This document shows, piece after piece, positions 12,806-24,725 of a stretch of DNA of 64,000 nucleotides; the first letter of the stretch is position 1; the number at the start of each line of letters is the position of its first letter. A program made the position numbers and the translations under genes. The stretch covers positions 380,060,001 through 380,124,000 of the forward strand of contig OZ024741.1 in NCBI GenBank assembly GCA_964016885.1, written 5' to 3'. The notes below the pieces were generated by a model. It saw nothing but the letters and a program-made list of their open reading frames with translations, did not search any database and was not told the origin of the DNA. The stretch is from Eledone cirrhosa (taxonomy: Eukaryota).

Positions 12806-12973
12806 TTATAACAATATATTTTGGGTCCGAATTTTTTTGGGGCTCAAGCCGGCTGCTTTACGTAGCATTTGTACTAAGAGTTGTTATTTCACAAATGATT
12901 TAAATATGTTAAAAATTCAAAACTTACGGGAGCGATTTCATGACCTCCGTCACCTCGTGCGTCTTCTTCCCTC

Positions 12974-12979
12974 ATTATA

Positions 12980-13040
<61 letters not shown>
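12974..13040. repeat. (TTA)n microsatellite, 5' flank of the full-length R4/Dong copy
   Basis: Direct reading. Confidence 0.95.
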
Positions 13041-13042
<2 letters not shown>

Positions 13043-13050
13043 CACCATGG

Positions 13051-13560
13051 TCATCTTTCCCTATAATCCATCCGGCGTCGAATAAGACACTGGAGTCGAA
13101 TTAATTGAGATTCACTGTTAGACAAGGATTTGAGGCAAATGCAGACAGATGTATTTAAGTTATTTTCTTTTCGTTGGTTATAGGGCTTTGAATGATAAAC
13201 AAGCATTGTTATCCGTTTGAAAATAAGAAACCCAGTATTTGAAAGTAGTAATGTAAACGTTCTATACTGACATTGGCATGTTTTACTTCTCTGGATACGA
13301 AAGTGTAGGATGGTGCTATTTTCCCGTCCAAACCTGTTCTGGCTATTGTCAAAAATATTTGGGCGTATAGTTTCCCTTGAAAGCACGAGGACATGTTTTG
13401 GCCACAAGGCTGCCTGCACATACTGCTGCAATATAGTGTCATTTAAATATTTAAAGCAACCTCTGCTCGAGGACAACAGCTGCTGAAATTTCTCCTTATA
13501 TCTGCCTGAAGTTACTCCAATTTTAGCATTCTGACATGGCGTTGTTTCGTCCGGTTATTT
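13051..13560 (-). pseudogene. Possible highly decayed hAT/CGGBP1-like transposase fragment
   Basis: Weak resemblance by eye of LDGKIAPSY..SREVKHAN and RITMLVYHSKPY to that family. Unverified. Confidence 0.25.
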
Positions 13561-13963
13561 TTTTTAATGTATTTTGTCACATATACACATGGCAAAAATA
13601 TCGACAATAGTCTCCTAATATTTACCTTTTGAATTAGTCTTCTACTTTGATGATTATAATAGGATCTTTATATAGGAGAAGCTTTTAACTTGTCCACCAA
13701 GTCTATAGACTTACTGAGGCATATATTTTTGTATAACGCGCACATAGTTACACACAACAATTCGGTCATGTATGCATCCATGCACATATATGCACTCACG
13801 CAGACACCAAGATAAACACACACACACAATTATATATATATATATATCCTAATTTTTTTATTTTTGCTGCACCGGCAATCGCTCTTCATAAGCAGTTCCT
13901 GATTATTACTGGAATTCTATAAGAATCCAGTCCCTATAATTTCCGGCAGAGATCGGCGAGTAC

Positions 13964-14009
13964 TAGGCTCTGATGAACACCAATAGAGTGAAACAGATCT
14001 CTCAGCTTA
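13964..14009 (+). ncRNA. Degenerate minimal type I hammerhead ribozyme motif
   Basis: taggct-CTGATGA-ac..gt-GAAA-c-agatct-c-TC-agctta. Stem I pairs and stem III has a palindromic core with one mismatch. Confidence 0.45.
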
Positions 14010-14573
14010 TCTCCCTTCCTTTGCTGAAAAAACAAGTAAGTGACTTAGTCACTACTTTAAAATAATAGCGCAAGGTCTTCAAAATGTTTTTAATTAAACA
14101 TACAGTATATCACCAAATATACTATACATACATTCATATATTTATATATATATATTATAAATATATTATATTATATTATATTATATTATATAACTATCAT
14201 TAACACATCTACCATACAAAATATATAGGAATAATAATAACCGCGTCCAGAAAAAAACAACTTATTTGCAATAATACTATTAATAGTAGTCACTACAAAT
14301 TGAATTCATTCGATCCTCTGCTTATATAGAAATGTGCGACACCAAACTATGGAACCCCGTATTTAAATGAATAATGAAATAAACATAAATATTAGATAAT
14401 TCATAATTAAAATCTAAATAATATTAAGATAGTTAATCATCTGAAAACTCTTACCCTTATTCGGCACATGAAGTTTGCAGATGCGTGGTTCAATTATTCT
14501 CTATCTGCTGAAAGACAAGTCACCTCCACACATTGCTAACATAGCTGAAAAGAAGAGAAGTAGCATAATATAT

Positions 14574-14613
14574 ATGTGTGTGGGTGTGTGTGTATGTGTG
14601 GGTGTGTGTGTGT

Positions 14614-14670
<57 letters not shown>

Positions 14671-14737
14671 TGCGCCTGTGTGTGCGCCTGTGTGTGTGTG
14701 TGTTTGTGTGTGTTTGTGTGTGCATGTGTGTGTGTGA
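14574..14737. repeat. (TG)n microsatellite
   Basis: Direct reading. Confidence 0.95.
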
Positions 14738-15913
14738 ATAAATTTGCATGAAGCATATTTAAAATTATAAGCTCATAAGGATCATTATTTTAATTTAATT
14801 CATAGAAGCAGTTTTCTTGTTGAATAGGAATTTCCTACACACATCTCAAATTTACTTTGTTTTGTTAAGATCTTGAAAATATTTTCTTTATATACATAAA
14901 ATCTAAATATCCTCTATTACATGATATTTCTTGGAGAAACTTAATTTTACAAATATATATTTACGTTCATACCTTGGTTTTATAATATATAATTTGCAGG
15001 TTCACTATCCTGGTAAAAGTTTTCGAACAATTCATATAAAACTTGCTGAATGATTTTGAGAAATAATTGAGAGAAATTTGTATAACGTTGTATTTTTTCA
15101 CTGCTATGTTTAATCAGGAACATGTATAGATACCCAATTAGATAGATAATACTCAATCATAGACCTATAAAATTTAATATTATCTCGAGTATAATTGGTT
15201 TCAAAGAAAACATTTGCAATTATTTCATAATCATATCCATCTGTATATCTTTACAATCCAGGTTCACAATTCATTTATATATATATATATCCTATTTTTC
15301 ATATTACAGAACAGTGTCGAAGGTGGCGTGATGCGATACATTAAATGAAGCAGTAGATATTTACTGTCCTCTTAACAAAACTATCTCAATGCTATAATCT
15401 CTTCGAGCGTAAAATAAACGCTGTCGATAGATACAGCACACAATTCTCAACAGAGAGCTTTGTATAACAATGCCCATTAGTTTCAAACAAGTAACTACAT
15501 GATGTTCCTTGTCCCTTATAAGTGACTTTGCTAGAAAATTTCGATTACGACTCAAAAATAAGTCGATATTTAATCTCGTGGTTTGGGGTATTCCACCATA
15601 CTAAATATTTCAATTTAGCCGTTTATACTCACTAGAATTGCCATGTCAACAAACATTACGATATAAGTATGCGCAAAATGCCCACCCATTTTATATGGGT
15701 GCATTTATATACACATGCGCACCATTTCCATCACTCTGCTTTCTATTTTCTTGTGAAAGTGCAGTTTAATTCCTTAATTACACTAACTATAATCTCAAAG
15801 CGTAAACTTTTGTTCTACTTCACTTCATTCCTCTTTCATAACTTTCTCTCTAACTTTATTTCTATAAGTTCACGTCTCTATCTCTCTCTATCTATCTCCG
15901 CACCTAATATCCC

Positions 15914-16122
<209 letters not shown>

Positions 16123-16270
16123 TAGGAGCAGATTATGGACCCCGACGCCTGAGATCCGGCCGTTTCGACAACAGCTAGATCGTTGTCCTGACTCTTTTCC
16201 TATTACCCACTCTACCACCCTCAGTATTGAGTACTCTGGTGCGTTATCCTCCACCTGGTATCTTACCATA
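16123..16270 (-). mobile_element. Short dispersed element with a hammerhead 3'-half remnant; same family as 57296-57380 and 63685-63895
   Basis: Shared attacccactctac..agtattgagtactctggtgcgttat. The minus strand has stem gacaac/gttgtc followed by GAAACGG..CGTC-GGGG. Confidence 0.6.
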
Positions 16271-16271
16271 G

Positions 16272-16433
<162 letters not shown>

Positions 16434-17279
16434 AAACGAAAAATCAGTGATGCATCGGAACTCAATTTATTGTGTTACAATTGTTTCCCTGGCGAACAGC
16501 TCGAGGTGCGATCCATGTGTGGATCTACCTGACTCTAGACTCGCAGGTTCCTCGGACACGTCTATTGATTTCTTTTTCCATTCTATTTCCATTGATGGAA
16601 AGTACGTTATATTTAAATAGTTATTGATGAAGTAACTTGATTAATTTTGATTTAAATGGTGGTGTATAAGCGTATGTGAATGAACTGCTCTTCTATTCAG
16701 GAAAACCTCCCAAAAGAAATGCTCTTAAAATATTTTAGTCGTTTTTGAAGATTAGCTTGGCGGTTATGTCAGCTGAGATTTAAAACGTAATTTTAATTAG
16801 AATTATAGAAAATCGTTGCCAAAATCGAGTCCAAATATTTTTCTTTATGAGAGTGCCATCTACAGGAGGTTCAAAATAGCATAGGGCTTTTTATTAAGGA
16901 TCCGTAAAATATCCATTTTCAGACAAAAGAATAACATATTTTACACATCATCAATTGCTGCGTTGTAACCACATTCATGCCATTTGGCTTAGCTGACCAA
17001 ATCAGTATTTCTATACATAGAACTGGTAGAGAAATGCAGATACGTAACCTTAGTAAAATGAACACTGTACAAAGAATAATTATCTGTTAGCTAGTGAACC
17101 TTATAATATTGTAGTCATTTTCTTTTAACTTGTCATCAAGCCAATGTTTCTTGTTTCAAATCAATGACACCTTATCGAATGCAAAATAAGGAAAAGAGAC
17201 AATAGGTGTTTTACTTATAATTAATCGAAATGAAATTAAATAGATGTGACTATGTAATTAAAGATCTACTGTCTGAGAC

Positions 17280-17830
17280 TTCCCTGCAACTCAATGGCGC
17301 AATCGTTACAGTACAACTATGAATTTAATGCAACAGAACGGTCCAGTGTCTGCAGCAGAGTACATCAGCCCAGTGTCTGCAGCATTTAGAACAGTTCCCT
17401 AACAGCCATACGCACTATTGCCAACACGCTGCAATATAACTGCTTGCTCGCAGTAACGTACCTGCACTCTCACAGCAACATGCTGAACTCTGTACTCACT
17501 GTAACACAACTGCCTACTCCATGCAACACAGCTGCTTCTCTCTTCAATACAACTGACTATTCTCTGCAACATAACAACTCATTCACTGCAGCACAATTGC
17601 GTGTTCACTCTAATACAACTGCTCACACATTGCAACTGCCTAATGCTTGTCATACTACTGCAACCCGCTAGAAAACAAGTGCATATTAATTGCAACAACA
17701 TTGTCCTTTCATTGAACCACATTTGCTCATTCACAGCAACATAAATGCCCATCTACTGCAACAAAACAGTTCACTTCAATGCAAATTCCTATTAACTGTA
17801 ACAACACAACATTTCAGTTGCCACAACATA
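17280..17830. repeat. Degenerate minisatellite-like tract (recurring actgcaacac-type units)
   Basis: Recurrent ctgcaac/gcaacaca words. Confidence 0.45.
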
Positions 17831-18719
17831 TCTGTAAACTCCTGTAATAGAGACTTTCAATATACAGTATTTTATTTCTGTTATGAAATTGCGGCAACAA
17901 CAGAAAATATTGTGTTATTTCATGTTTATGTAAGTGATTGTTTGTTTCTCTGTGTGTGAATCTAACGTTGTCTTCTCTACTCATTCTTAGTGTCTTGTGT
18001 ATGCATATAATGTATTGTGAATGCAAATAATGTCTCGTGTAAGCGTATAATGTCTTGGGAATGTATATATTGTGCATGCATATACTGTCTTGCGTATGTA
18101 ACAGCAAGGACTAGTTGATGAAAGCTTGGCTTGCACCCCACCTCCGTATGTCAATGTTGTTTCTCCAATGTGCAGAACCGCAGCTGTATGCCGCCTCGAA
18201 TTTACATCATACACAATACAGATAGTGTTATTCTGGTTTTCTGTATTTTCCTTTGTTTTCATAGGTAGAAAATAAATAAGGAAATTATATTCGATAAATT
18301 GATTATCTGTTTCAGGTATTTACGTATGTTTACTTACTTCTGGTTAGTCAAAAGATCAACTTTAGTAACACAGGGGAATCAGCCTATTGTTTCATTTTGT
18401 AATCACCAATGGGAATTGCACAAATTAAGTTAAATTCTAATGTTTTCTCTGGTTTGTAGAAAGAGAATTAATTATGTATTGAATGTTTTGAAATATGAGA
18501 ATATTACATTGTCTTGTTTCAAAAAGGGGTGATGTTATATAGTTTATCGGATTTTGTACATTATATTACTGGTATTTAATTTATCAATTAAAACTAAATT
18601 AAACAATATCAATGTTTGAAATCAGAAAGTATGGGATTGGGTCTTAATTTCATGACGGTCTATGGCACTGATTCTATAGTGGGGCCTGGGAGAAGCAAAG
18701 GGGACACGATAAAGAAAGG

Positions 18720-18895
18720 TCTTTGGAAGGCAATATAGTAATAGGAGGATGATAGAAGGCAAGGAGGTTATAGGAGGATGATAGAAGGCAAGATGTTAGT
18801 AGGAAGAGGATGGAAGTTGGGGTTGTAGGAAGGGGAACGATAGCAGGCAATTCAGTATTAGTAAGAAGTTAGAAGGCAAGATGGTAGTAGGTGGT
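18720..18895. repeat. Degenerate purine-rich ~30-bp tandem repeat (taggaggatgatagaaggcaag)
   Basis: Direct reading. Confidence 0.6.
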
Positions 18896-19418
18896 CGTTA
18901 CAAATAAAAGGAAAGGAATGAAGAAATAAACAAAGGATGCAAATCAGTACATGCTTATATAACTGTCAACTGTCTATACAATAAATGCTTATGTTTATCT
19001 GGAATTAAACATATTATATTAATACGTTTTCAATATATAATTTATCAAATGTACGGAGGGCATTACAGGGTGGGGGTGTTTAGAGGAGATGCAGAGCTAG
19101 ATTAGCTATTAAGCAAAACCAAAATGAAATATGCTTAGGATATCAAAAGAAGTGGATGAACACTTTTAGTCAAATTAAATGTATTTGTTTTCCCCACCAA
19201 ATACTTTATAGGTGGTGACCACTATAATTCAAAAGAGATGTCGACCACTATAATCCGCGAAGGGTGGTCATGATAAGGTAGACATATTTACACTAATTGT
19301 TTAATAAACAAATGTGGGGAAAACTTTGTTCTACAATTACTTTGTTCTACAATTATTTGTTCTACAATTACTCATAATTTGCTGTACATCCAAGAGATCA
19401 CAATGCAGTCAACTAGAG

Positions 19419-20664
19419 TACGAAGATGGGCTGAAACGTTCATAGACTGACTATGCATGATATATGCTAGAGCTGTGAAATCTTGTATGCATTAATTCCA
19501 ACTCTTTTTATTAATAATAACATTATATAGCTGTTCAGAGAAGAGTTAATTGTATTATAAATAGTAAGCGTTCTCTTAAAAATAAACAATATTTGACATC
19601 GTGTTGTTATCAGGTAACTGCTCGAAAAGATTTTATCTCCCAATTACATTTATGCTGAGATGGTTGCTACATTAGGGGATGCTACTCCAGCTTTATTAAC
19701 AGTACAAAATTGAATAGCAGAACTTAATACAGGAAAAGGGAGTCTTGAAGTTGATCCAATGTCTGGACGCCTAGCAACTGCCACCAGCGAGGCCAACATT
19801 GATCGTGTTCACCACATGCTGATAGATGAAAGGTGATTAACCATAATGTTTTTTTAATATATCCCATAAGAGAGTTGAGAATATTTTGCATAATGAACTT
19901 GACATGACAAATTTTCTGCCCGGTGGGTGTCACGTCTTCTGACACCTGATCAAACGCCCATGTGGCTGATCATATCGCGGGAAAATCTGACATTTTTTGA
20001 GAGAGATTCATTTGATTTCCTTGAACGTTTCCCAAGCCAGGATGAGTGCCAGGTTCATCATCTTGTGTCAGACACAAAGATGGAATCGATGCAGTGAGAA
20101 CACGCCTCATCACCTGCTCCAAAGAAAGCCAGAGTCGTTTCAACGGCAGGGTGGGTGATGGCCACAGCTTTTAGGAGATAAAAATGCATTGTGTTTATTC
20201 AAATGTGCGAGACCGTCAATGGAGTATTTTGCCAACGTACTGAATAAGTTACAAAAGACTATCAAGACCAAACGACTAGCAAAACTGACGAAAGTTGTCT
20301 TGTTTCAACAGGACAATTCTGCAGCACACAAGCCCTTGGTTTCAATGGTTGCTGTGCGTGAATGTGGCTTTGAACTGGTTGACCACCCTCTACTCGCCTG
20401 ATTTGGCCCATCTGACTATCATCTGTTCGCCAACTTGGAAAAACATTCTCCAGGGAACAAGTATCGAAGAGATGATCACATCATATAAGTCTTTTTGACC
20501 AACAGGATTGAGGCTTCTTCACCAGTGGGACCCAAACGCTGCATCACCGCTAGAAGAAGTGTGTGGACGACATGGAGGACTATATTGAAAAATAAGCCTA
20601 ATTTGCACACATTCAATGAGAGTATCTTTATCAGCGTTAGAACGTTTCTAGCTGACCTTCGAAT
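19419..20664 (+). mobile_element. Mariner (Tc1/mariner) DNA transposon relic, ~1.25 kb
   Basis: Imperfect TIRs tacgaagatgggctgaaacgttc / gaacgtttctagctgaccttcga. Decayed motifs RWVSRLL (WVPHEL), QQDNSAAH and YSPDLAPSDYHLF. Confidence 0.88.
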
Positions 20665-21055
20665 ATTACAGGAGTAATGTCAGACCAGTTGATGTGTCAA
20701 GAAATGTCCACATATATAGTATTTTAACTCAGTATATAGATGGCTGAAACGACTATAAGAATGTAAACTGTTAGCCCAGGATCATATTGTTTGGTTATTA
20801 ATATGGAACAATATATTATTTGTTTATAGTGAGAAGTGCACAACAAGACTATGAAACCGAGATATTCTTATTGAATTTATCCACAGCGGAAACCATATAT
20901 ATTAACTTTACATTTCCCAACAATATCAATAACATCATAAACATTACGCAACACTCCAGTACACACAAATTGCTGTCTTATCATAAATAACTATATTATT
21001 ATATCAATTTCTAACAATGCGAGTGAACAAAAAATTGGATGCTAAAATATTCATA

Positions 21056-21445
21056 CAGTATTTTGTACATATATATAAAGCATAAAATATTTAGAAAAAA
21101 GTTCATACATTAAGGTGGAAAATATATTGTATTCCTTACGGCAGAGTTTCATAGTTCGTAGAGCCGAGGCAAATATCGATACAAATAATCAATTATCGAT
21201 TACTAACTATCGATTTTGTTAATAGATAGGATCTTATACAAAGATGATTTGCTCTGATGATTAGTTCCGCGTCATACGTGACGTAACCAAAATCAATCGT
21301 TTGTAATCGATAACCGATTATTTAAATCGATTTTTGGATCGGTTCTATGAACTAAGAAATGTTACCGTAAGGAATATAAGAAATTTCCCACCTTAAATAT
21401 GTACGTTTTCTTAAATAGTATATGCTTTATATGTACACAATTCTG
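21056..21445. mobile_element. MITE/foldback-like element with ~170-bp imperfect inverted repeats
   Basis: taaggtggaaaat..tattccttacgg..tagttc..atcgat on the left mirrors atcgat..gaacta..ccgtaaggaata..atttcccacctta on the right. Confidence 0.75.
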
Positions 21446-21744
21446 CGTGTTACGCTAACGAGATGTGGATTTTCACTCTCAATATATATATTTATATATA
21501 TATAGTGTATATATATTGTGTTCTGAACAGAAACAATATAGATGTTAAACAAAGCTGCAAGAGATGTGTAGACGCACAAAGGTTTATGAATGTATACGTA
21601 CACTAATTATGTATTTCTCTGTGCATTGAAACATGAATAGCTTGATTCGAGTTAAAGTTTCAGCTGAAACAATACTCTTATCTCACAATCCACGGGGAAA
21701 TATCTATCCAATCAAATGTAGCAATAATAGAGAATAGAGAGAAT

Positions 21745-21975
21745 ATGTTATTTTTATGCTGGGTTGGAACTAGATTCACAACTGACAGTTGCAGAATTAT
21801 TCGGCTGGAATTTGCATACGTCGCGGTATTCTATAACACGATAGAATGTGATCTTCGACTTGCAATTGATAGGTTTCATGCCGATTGGTGTGTGGGTGGA
21901 ATGAAAATCAGTGCTGCTAAAGCTGAGACACTCGTCTTCTCAAGAAACTCCCATCTCCTGCTGGTACTCGTTTGA
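21745..21975 (+). pseudogene. RTE-like LINE RT fragment
   Basis: DLRLAIDRF..C..GMKISAAKAETLVFSR resembles the segment after FADD in RTE RTs. Confidence 0.55.
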
Positions 21976-23221
21976 GTATATTGGAATAACGTCAACTTAA
22001 CAATTTTACTTCAGAACATATCACACAACTAGTCCAGGATCCCAATTTATATTTATTAATATCACATTTTATATTCAATTCTTAATACAAAAGCCATCGT
22101 ATATTTCATATATATCATTAAAAACAACTCCACTAAGTGAGTCTCTCTTTCGCATTACACTGGATCTAGAGGTATCATATGTATTAAATAATCCGTAATT
22201 TTCCTAATTTCACGCTTTTAATTATATTTTAGAATTGACCGTGGGGTTTGAAATAAAATGTTAAGTTATATTTATGAGAGGACTATTTTGCCTCACATTA
22301 CATTTGATTGAAAAAAGAGACTGCGTATCAATAAGCAACAGCATAGATATGAAATAGGTTTCTAATGCGTGAATATATTTGCAAGCTAATTTTATATTGC
22401 GTAGTGTGTTTCATAAATATGGGAGAGACAAATTGCTGCAAATAATGCGTTATATATATGTCAACATTTACTCCACAGCTCCTTTTCATGACAGTGTACC
22501 GAGGAATTCTGGAAAGGATTGATCTCTAAAAACAGTTGTTGAATATCAAAAACATTTGTAATTCATGAAATCATAGTGCTTTTAAAAGGTTCCATTTATC
22601 ACAGTACGCATAATTAGTAAGTCTGTAATCCTTTAGTATATGCAGCAATAAAAGATACACATATTTTCTTAGAATAAATACAATTTCTATGAAAATAGTT
22701 GAAATGTTGCCATTATAGAATCTGTTTAGATAAATGTATTCAGTTTTTTTTATTTCCCAATTAATTATATCAACAACAAACTCAAATCGGTTATGACTGA
22801 AAATAATGGCTATGAAATTTCCTTCCAGCAAACCTCAGGTACTTAATTGTATTCCGCAAATTAAATCTAAGCTCATGAATTTCAGTTTCAAATATATGCC
22901 CGGGGAAGCGGACATTTTCATGGCTTTTAACGAATCTAATATATATGAGATTGTGTTTAGACTATTCAAACCTAATTGTGCCTTTCGTTCGAGATTTACA
23001 TCAAAATATAATTTTCTGTAATTTGACTTTTTTTTATGTCTAGAGGTGTGGAGCAAAGGTAAAAATGCCTGAATTATATATTGAAAATTCAGAAAAATAA
23101 GTTCAGTTATATATCTGAGGTTCATACTTCAAGTTTGTTTAATTTACAAGCATATACTCATAGTATAGAATACCAGTTGACTTGTTGGACGTTGTACGAC
23201 CTAAAGTTACAAGCCTATTTC

Positions 23222-23255
<34 letters not shown>

Positions 23256-23270
23256 GTATATATATATTTT

Positions 23271-23667
23271 TATGCTTTGGGAGGATCATGTTGCCAATAA
23301 GAAACACCTGCACCAGTTCTTTCACTTCAATTTATTATAAATTAAATTCATAAATTTAGGAATTTATAAATTTCCGGTTGGTTGATTGGTTCCACAACCA
23401 AACGGTTGTTCATATATTGTCAAAGTTCTTTCGTCACACATTCTGTGACCTCTTCAGTGACTGGGATTCTTTTCTTTGTTTTTGTGCCCCTCCTTTGTTC
23501 TGTCCTACGCCATCTTGTTTTTGGTGTGTGCTTAGTTTGCGCATGTGTTACATCCGGGTGTTTGTGTGTGTTTATATTTGTTTATTTATTTGTTTATTTA
23601 CATGTTCCTGGTTGGTTGTTTGTTGTATGTGGGTGTGTATTTTCATTTTGTCCATAATTGTAAGTTG
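23271..23667 (-). mobile_element. Solo Penelope-like pseudo-LTR fragment (family of 35400-35980)
   Basis: Reverse-complement match to the 3' noncoding region of the PLE at 33631-35980; abuts (TA)n. Confidence 0.85.
23419..23462 (-). ncRNA. Minimal type I hammerhead ribozyme
   Basis: agtca-CTGAAGA-g-gtcac-agaatgt-gtgac-GAAA-gaac-TT-tgac. Confidence 0.7.
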
Positions 23668-23689
23668 TGATGTTGCTATTCCATTCTGA

Positions 23690-24610
23690 AGTGCAGTGAA
23701 TTCCCGTGCTGTATATATTATTAGATACAGTGCTGGAATTCCTACAATGACGAAATAACAACTAGGAGAAAGAGCAACCTTCATAAAAAATCCCTTCATA
23801 GTACTTTCTTTGAGAAAACTGAATTTAGAGATCCACAGACATGGAACTGATTAAAAAGAGGAGACATTAAAAAGGCTACAGAAGGAATGCTAATGGCTGC
23901 ACAAGAGCAGGCCCTCAGAATGAAGTGGGTGAAACACCATATTTACATGGAGGCGGCTAGCCCACTGTATATGATCTGTGGAGAGAGAGAGAAGACTCTG
24001 GCTGACATTGTATCCGAGTGTAAACACCTAGCCCAGACTCACTATAAAGGTGACATGATGAGATTGGTAGGGTGATCCACTGGCACCTATGCAAAGTAAA
24101 CACTTTACAACATTCTGAGAAGTGGTATGAGCATAATCCAGAGTCGGTGATAGAAAATGATCAGGAAAAGGTGCTATGGGGTTTTAGGATACAGACGGAC
24201 AAGAAACTGGAACACAAATAGCCTGACCTGGTGGTTTTGGACGAGGAAAAAGGATCGTGCCTGATTGTAGATGTAGGCGGCCCATTTGACACAAGAGAGC
24301 AAGAAAAGTAGAGGGAGAAAATTTACCGATACCAGGACTTAAAATGGGGGGTAAAAAGAATTTGGTACTGCCATGAAGTCAGAGTCCTCCCGATTGTCAT
24401 AGGCGCACTAGGTACTATCTCAAAGCGTTTCCAAGGATGGTTAAAGAAAATTAATCCATCCCTCTTGTTGGAACACTTCAAAAGTTATGCTTGCTGAGAA
24501 CAGCAAGAACACTCCGATACGTCCTGAATATCTGAGGCCGCAGGTAGCGGCTTGATATTCATTTCAACAAATATTCCAGTTAAATAACATCAACGACTGA
24601 GACTTAAAGA
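23690..24610 (+). mobile_element. 5'-truncated, decayed R4/Dong family A copy
   Basis: MLMAAQEQAL... through YVLNI*, with the same 3' UTR as the 5890 and 8119 copies, followed by (TAA)n. Confidence 0.9.
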
Positions 24611-24611
24611 A

Positions 24612-24612
24612 C

Positions 24613-24669
<57 letters not shown>
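24612..24669. repeat. (TAA)n microsatellite
   Basis: Direct reading. Confidence 0.95.
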
Positions 24670-24713
24670 TGTTTCTAGTTTAGGCACAAGGCTAGCAATT
24701 ACCCAGTGCATTA
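24668..24713 (-). mobile_element. 3'-terminal ~45 bp of the tRNA-derived SINE family
   Basis: ttgtttctagtttaggcacaaggctagcaattacccagt matches the SINE end at 52916-52960. Confidence 0.75.
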
Positions 24714-24725
24714 ATAATAATAATA

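Larger units (their letters stand above)
8119..12973 (-). mobile_element. Apparently full-length R4/Dong-type non-LTR retrotransposon, family A
   Basis: Single long ORF (about 11593-8193) with RT, CCHC and PD..D REL domains, a ~1.4 kb 5' leader, and (TAA)n on both sides. Confidence 0.88.

Noticed and set aside
11600-12973. Canonical HDV-like ribozyme at the R4 5' end
   Set aside because: Could not fit the P1/P1.1/P3/L3 and J4/2 consensus by eye; reported only as an unclassified structure.
17280-18900. CRISPR-like or coding tandem arrays
   Set aside because: No constant repeat with unique spacers; degenerate low-complexity eukaryotic repeats.
22560-23130. Possible second hAT/CGGBP1-like transposase relic on the minus strand
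   Set aside because: Resemblance too weak to call without an HMM search.
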